From Sodaliphilus sp. (lineage in GTDB: Bacteria > Bacillota_I > Bacilli_A > RFN20 > CAG-826), in NCBI GenBank assembly GCA_963643355.1, contig CAVIJE010000001.1:48378-112377 (forward strand): a DNA stretch of 64,000 nucleotides, read 5' to 3'. Made by a program: the position numbers and the translations under genes. The notes under the pieces were generated by a model. That model did no database searches, was not told where the DNA came from, and was given only the letters and a program-made list of their open reading frames with translations. Below are positions 61,193 through 64,000 of this stretch, piece by piece; the first letter of the stretch is position 1; each line of letters begins with the position of its first letter.

Positions 61193-61504
61193 ATGAACAT
61201 CAAAACTGGTGATAAAGTTATCGTTCTCTCTGGCGATGATAAAGGCAAGATCGGCGTTGTCCAAAAGGTTTATCCTAAGTTGAACAAAGTCGTTGTCGAA
61301 GGTGTCAACGTCCACAAGAAACACAAAAAACCAACCCAAGCTACTCCAGAAGGATCCATCCTCGACATTTATGTCCCATTCGATGCTTCCAAAGTCGCTT
61401 TGATTGATCCAAAAACAAAGAAAGCCACCCGCGTCCACAAAAAGATTGTTGATGGCAAAAAGATTCGCGTAAATGCGAAAGGCGAAAGCTTAGAAAAGAA
61501 ATAA
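61193..61504 (+). CDS. rplX: 50S ribosomal protein L24
   Basis: 103 aa with KOW motif. Confidence 0.95.
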   Translation: MNIKTGDKVIVLSGDDKGKIGVVQKVYPKLNKVVVEGVNVHKKHKKPTQATPEGSILDIYVPFDASKVALIDPKTKKATRVHKKIVDGKKIRVNAKGESLEKK

Positions 61505-61518
61505 GGGAGGAATGAAAA

Positions 61519-62151
61519 ATGGCTGAAGAAAAGAAAACTGTTAAGAAAGCTTCCCCTAAAAAAGCTTCCGAACCAAAAGCTGCTAAGACAGTCGCCCCAA
61601 AGGCTGGCTATGTTAACCGCTTAGAAACAAAATATCACGATGTGGTTGTTCCAGCTCTTGTCAAAGAGTTTGGCTACACCACCCCAATGCAAGCTCCTAA
61701 ATTTGAGAAAATCGTCATCAACATCGGTGTTGGTGATGCCACCTCAAATAGCAAAGCTCTTGATGACGCTGTTGCTGAACTTGCTACCATCACTGGTCAA
61801 AAACCAGTCGTCACAAAAGCCAAAAAGTCCATCGCGACATTCAAACTTCGTCAAGGACAAGCTATTGGCTGCAAAGTTACACTCCGCGGTGTAAGAATGT
61901 ATGAATTCTTCGATAAGTTAGTTTCCATCTCTCTTCCACGCGTCCGTGACTTCCGTGGCGTCTCCAAGAACGCTTTCGATGGCCGTGGTAACTACACCCT
62001 CGGTGTCAAGGAACAATTAATCTTCCCTGAAATCGACTACGATAAGGTATCTAAGATTCGTGGTATGGATATCGTCATCGTTACTACAGCAAATTCTGAT
62101 GAAGAAGCATTCGCCCTCCTCCGTGAGATGGGAATGCCATTCAAGAAATAA
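61519..62151 (+). CDS. rplE: 50S ribosomal protein L5, with a roughly 30-aa Lys/Ala/Pro-rich N-terminal extension
   Basis: L5 core. The first 11 residues, [11 protein letters not shown], are identical to the N-terminus of L22. Confidence 0.9.
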   Translation: MAEEKKTVKKASPKKASEPKAAKTVAPKAGYVNRLETKYHDVVVPALVKEFGYTTPMQAPKFEKIVINIGVGDATSNSKALDDAVAELATITGQKPVVTKAKKSIATFKLRQGQAIGCKVTLRGVRMYEFFDKLVSISLPRVRDFRGVSKNAFDGRGNYTLGVKEQLIFPEIDYDKVSKIRGMDIVIVTTANSDEEAFALLREMGMPFKK

Positions 62152-62163
62152 TGAGGTAAGCAC

Positions 62164-62349
62164 ATGGCAAAGAAAAGTTTAGTTAATAAGTGCAACCGTC
62201 CACAAAAGTTCGCAACACGTGAATACACACGTTGCCAACGCTGTGGTCGTCCACACGGCGTCCTCCGTAAATTCGGATTATGCCGTATCTGCCTCCGTGA
62301 AATGGCCTACAAAGGCGAGATCCCAGGCATGAAGAAAGCATCTTGGTAA
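62164..62349 (+). CDS. rpsN: 30S ribosomal protein S14 type Z (zinc-binding)
   Basis: 61 aa with CxxC...CxxC. Confidence 0.95.
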   Translation: MAKKSLVNKCNRPQKFATREYTRCQRCGRPHGVLRKFGLCRICLREMAYKGEIPGMKKASW

Positions 62350-62367
62350 GGAAAGGAGAACACTAAC

Positions 62368-62763
62368 ATGAACGCAGACCCAATTGCAGACATGCTCACA
62401 CGCATCAGAAACGCTAATGCTCTTCGCTACGAAAGTGTTTCCATGCCTTATAGCAAAATGAAAGGCGAAATTGCCAAAATTCTCTTAGACGAAGGATTCA
62501 TCTCTGGATTCGTCGCTGAAGGAGAAAAAGCAAGCAAAACCCTTCACATCACTCTTAAATATGGTGCCAATGGCGAAAGAGTCATCACCGGATTAAAGAG
62601 AATCAGCAAACCAGGACTTCGTGTCACTGTCGAAGCTGATAAGATCCCAAGCGTCTTAAAAGGACTTGGTATCGCAATCGTTTCTACTTCCAAAGGCGTT
62701 TTAACCGATAAGGAAGCAAGAAAGAACGGCGTTGGCGGAGAAATCCTCTGCTACGTCTGGTAA
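62368..62763 (+). CDS. rpsH: 30S ribosomal protein S8
   Basis: 131 aa. Confidence 0.95.
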   Translation: MNADPIADMLTRIRNANALRYESVSMPYSKMKGEIAKILLDEGFISGFVAEGEKASKTLHITLKYGANGERVITGLKRISKPGLRVTVEADKIPSVLKGLGIAIVSTSKGVLTDKEARKNGVGGEILCYVW

Positions 62764-62795
62764 TCTAGGATTACAGAAAGAAGAGAATAACAATT

Positions 62796-63353
62796 ATGTC
62801 ACGTATTGGATTTAAACCCATCGCTCTTCCAGAAGGCGTTACCTACGAAACAGTCGATAGCGTCATGACCGTCAAAGGCCCTAAAGGCGAAGTAAGCGTC
62901 AGAATTCCTTCTGATGTCAGCGTCGAGGAAGCCGACGGCCACCTCCATGTTAAGCCACTTGCCCCTGAAACAAAGCAAGGCAGTGCTAACCATGGAACAA
63001 CAGCAGCTTTATTAAATGCTGCTGTTGTCGGTGTCCATGAAGGTTGGAAGAAAGAATTAGAAATCAACGGTACCGGTTACCGTGCCTCCGTCAAAAATGG
63101 CGAAGTTACTATGTTCTTAGGCTACAGCCATCAAATCACCGTTGCCCCAGTTGGCAAATATACAAAGATTAGCTGCCCAGACGAAACTCACATTGTCGTT
63201 GAAGGCTGCAATAAGCAAGAAGTTGGCCAAACTGCCGCTCTCATCTATGACAAGCATAGACCAGACGTTTATGGCCAAAAAGGTGTTCACTACAAAGGAC
63301 AACACCTCATCAAGAAAGTTGGTAAGCGTGCTGCTGCCGGCGGTAAGAAATAA
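62796..63353 (+). CDS. rplF: 50S ribosomal protein L6
   Basis: 185 aa. Confidence 0.95.
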   Translation: MSRIGFKPIALPEGVTYETVDSVMTVKGPKGEVSVRIPSDVSVEEADGHLHVKPLAPETKQGSANHGTTAALLNAAVVGVHEGWKKELEINGTGYRASVKNGEVTMFLGYSHQITVAPVGKYTKISCPDETHIVVEGCNKQEVGQTAALIYDKHRPDVYGQKGVHYKGQHLIKKVGKRAAAGGKK

Positions 63354-63368
63354 GGAGGTAAATAGAAT

Positions 63369-63725
63369 ATGATCAAAAAAGAAGCAAGATCAGTCGTTCG
63401 TGAACGCAGACACCTTCGCGTTCGTGAAAAGATCTCCGGTACTGCTGAGTGCCCACGTTTAGTCGTCTTCCGTTCCAACAAACACATCGAAGCTCAAATC
63501 ATCGATGACGTCAAAGGAACAACCCTCGTCAGCTCTGGCTCTGTCCAACTCAAATTAGCATCTGGTTCCAATTGCGAAGCTGCTGCTAAGGTTGGTGCAG
63601 ACATCGCCAAAAAGGCTGTTGCCGCTGGCATTTCGAAAGTCGTTTTCGATCGTGGTGGCTATCAATACCACGGCCGCGTCCAAGCTCTCGCTGACGCTGC
63701 TAGAGAAGGAGGCTTAGTCTTCTAA
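63369..63725 (+). CDS. rplR: 50S ribosomal protein L18
   Basis: 118 aa. Confidence 0.95.
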   Translation: MIKKEARSVVRERRHLRVREKISGTAECPRLVVFRSNKHIEAQIIDDVKGTTLVSSGSVQLKLASGSNCEAAAKVGADIAKKAVAAGISKVVFDRGGYQYHGRVQALADAAREGGLVF

Positions 63726-63735
63726 GGAGTTAATT

Positions 63736-64000
63736 ATGGAAGAAAATAAAACTGTTAATGCTGTAGAAGAAAAGCCAGCTAAAGAAAAAAATCCAACAGG
63801 CAATCCACAATATGAACCACGCGGTTCCCGTGGATCCGAACGTCCAGGAAGCCGTAAATTCGGCAACCACAAAGGCAAACCAGGTGAAAGACGTGGTGGA
63901 CGTGGCGGTTTCCGTCGCGTTGAAGACGATTTCCAAGACAGAGTCGTTACCATCAACCGTGTTACCCGTGTTGAACAAGGTGGTAAAACCATGCGTTTCG
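63736..64000 (+). CDS. rpsE: 30S ribosomal protein S5 (5' part; it continues beyond the window), with an Arg/Gly-rich N-terminal extension
   Basis: An ORF from ATG 63736 stays open to the window end. The S5 motif VVTINRVTRVEQGGK follows an RG-rich extension of about 60 aa. Confidence 0.85.
   Translation, partial: MEENKTVNAVEEKPAKEKNPTGNPQYEPRGSRGSERPGSRKFGNHKGKPGERRGGRGGFRRVEDDFQDRVVTINRVTRVEQGGKTMRF

Overview
This is a 64 kb chromosomal segment from a low-GC (about 35%) Firmicutes-like anaerobe that uses the standard genetic code; the prfB +1 frameshift at a UGA stop shows this. Coding density is high and strands alternate. Housekeeping genes make up most of it: prfB, uvrB, secG, folD, metNIQ behind a T-box leader, pepO, nrdDG, an M29 aminopeptidase, phnDCEE, trpS, rarA, mscL, nadE, L-serine dehydratase, queT-tgt-queA-queH behind a preQ1-I riboswitch, and the start of the S10/spc ribosomal-protein operon (rpsJ to rpsE, running off the window end). 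The accessory or unusual content is: (i) a two-subunit aconitase-X (AcnX) dehydratase operon with an OYE/FAD enoate-reductase-family flavoenzyme; (ii) a Y-family polymerase/YolD pair next to tRNA-Ala(CGC); (iii) immediately downstream of that tRNA, a tightly coupled operon of a secreted Cys-rich protein, a lipoprotein and a SPASM-domain radical-SAM enzyme, which I rate the best candidate for an undescribed protein-maturation system; (iv) an ArsD-fold protein with a poly-Cys/His tail after nrdDG; (v) a glutamine-dependent NAD synthetase carrying an N-terminal Phd/YefM-like domain; (vi) a roughly 155-nt GC-rich structured intergenic element, possibly a small RNA; (vii) two paralogous small P-loop kinases, one translationally coupled to the phosphonate transporter. 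I saw no CRISPR arrays, transposases, integrases or obvious prophage genes. All functional calls are from motif and family recognition by eye; I ran no database searches.
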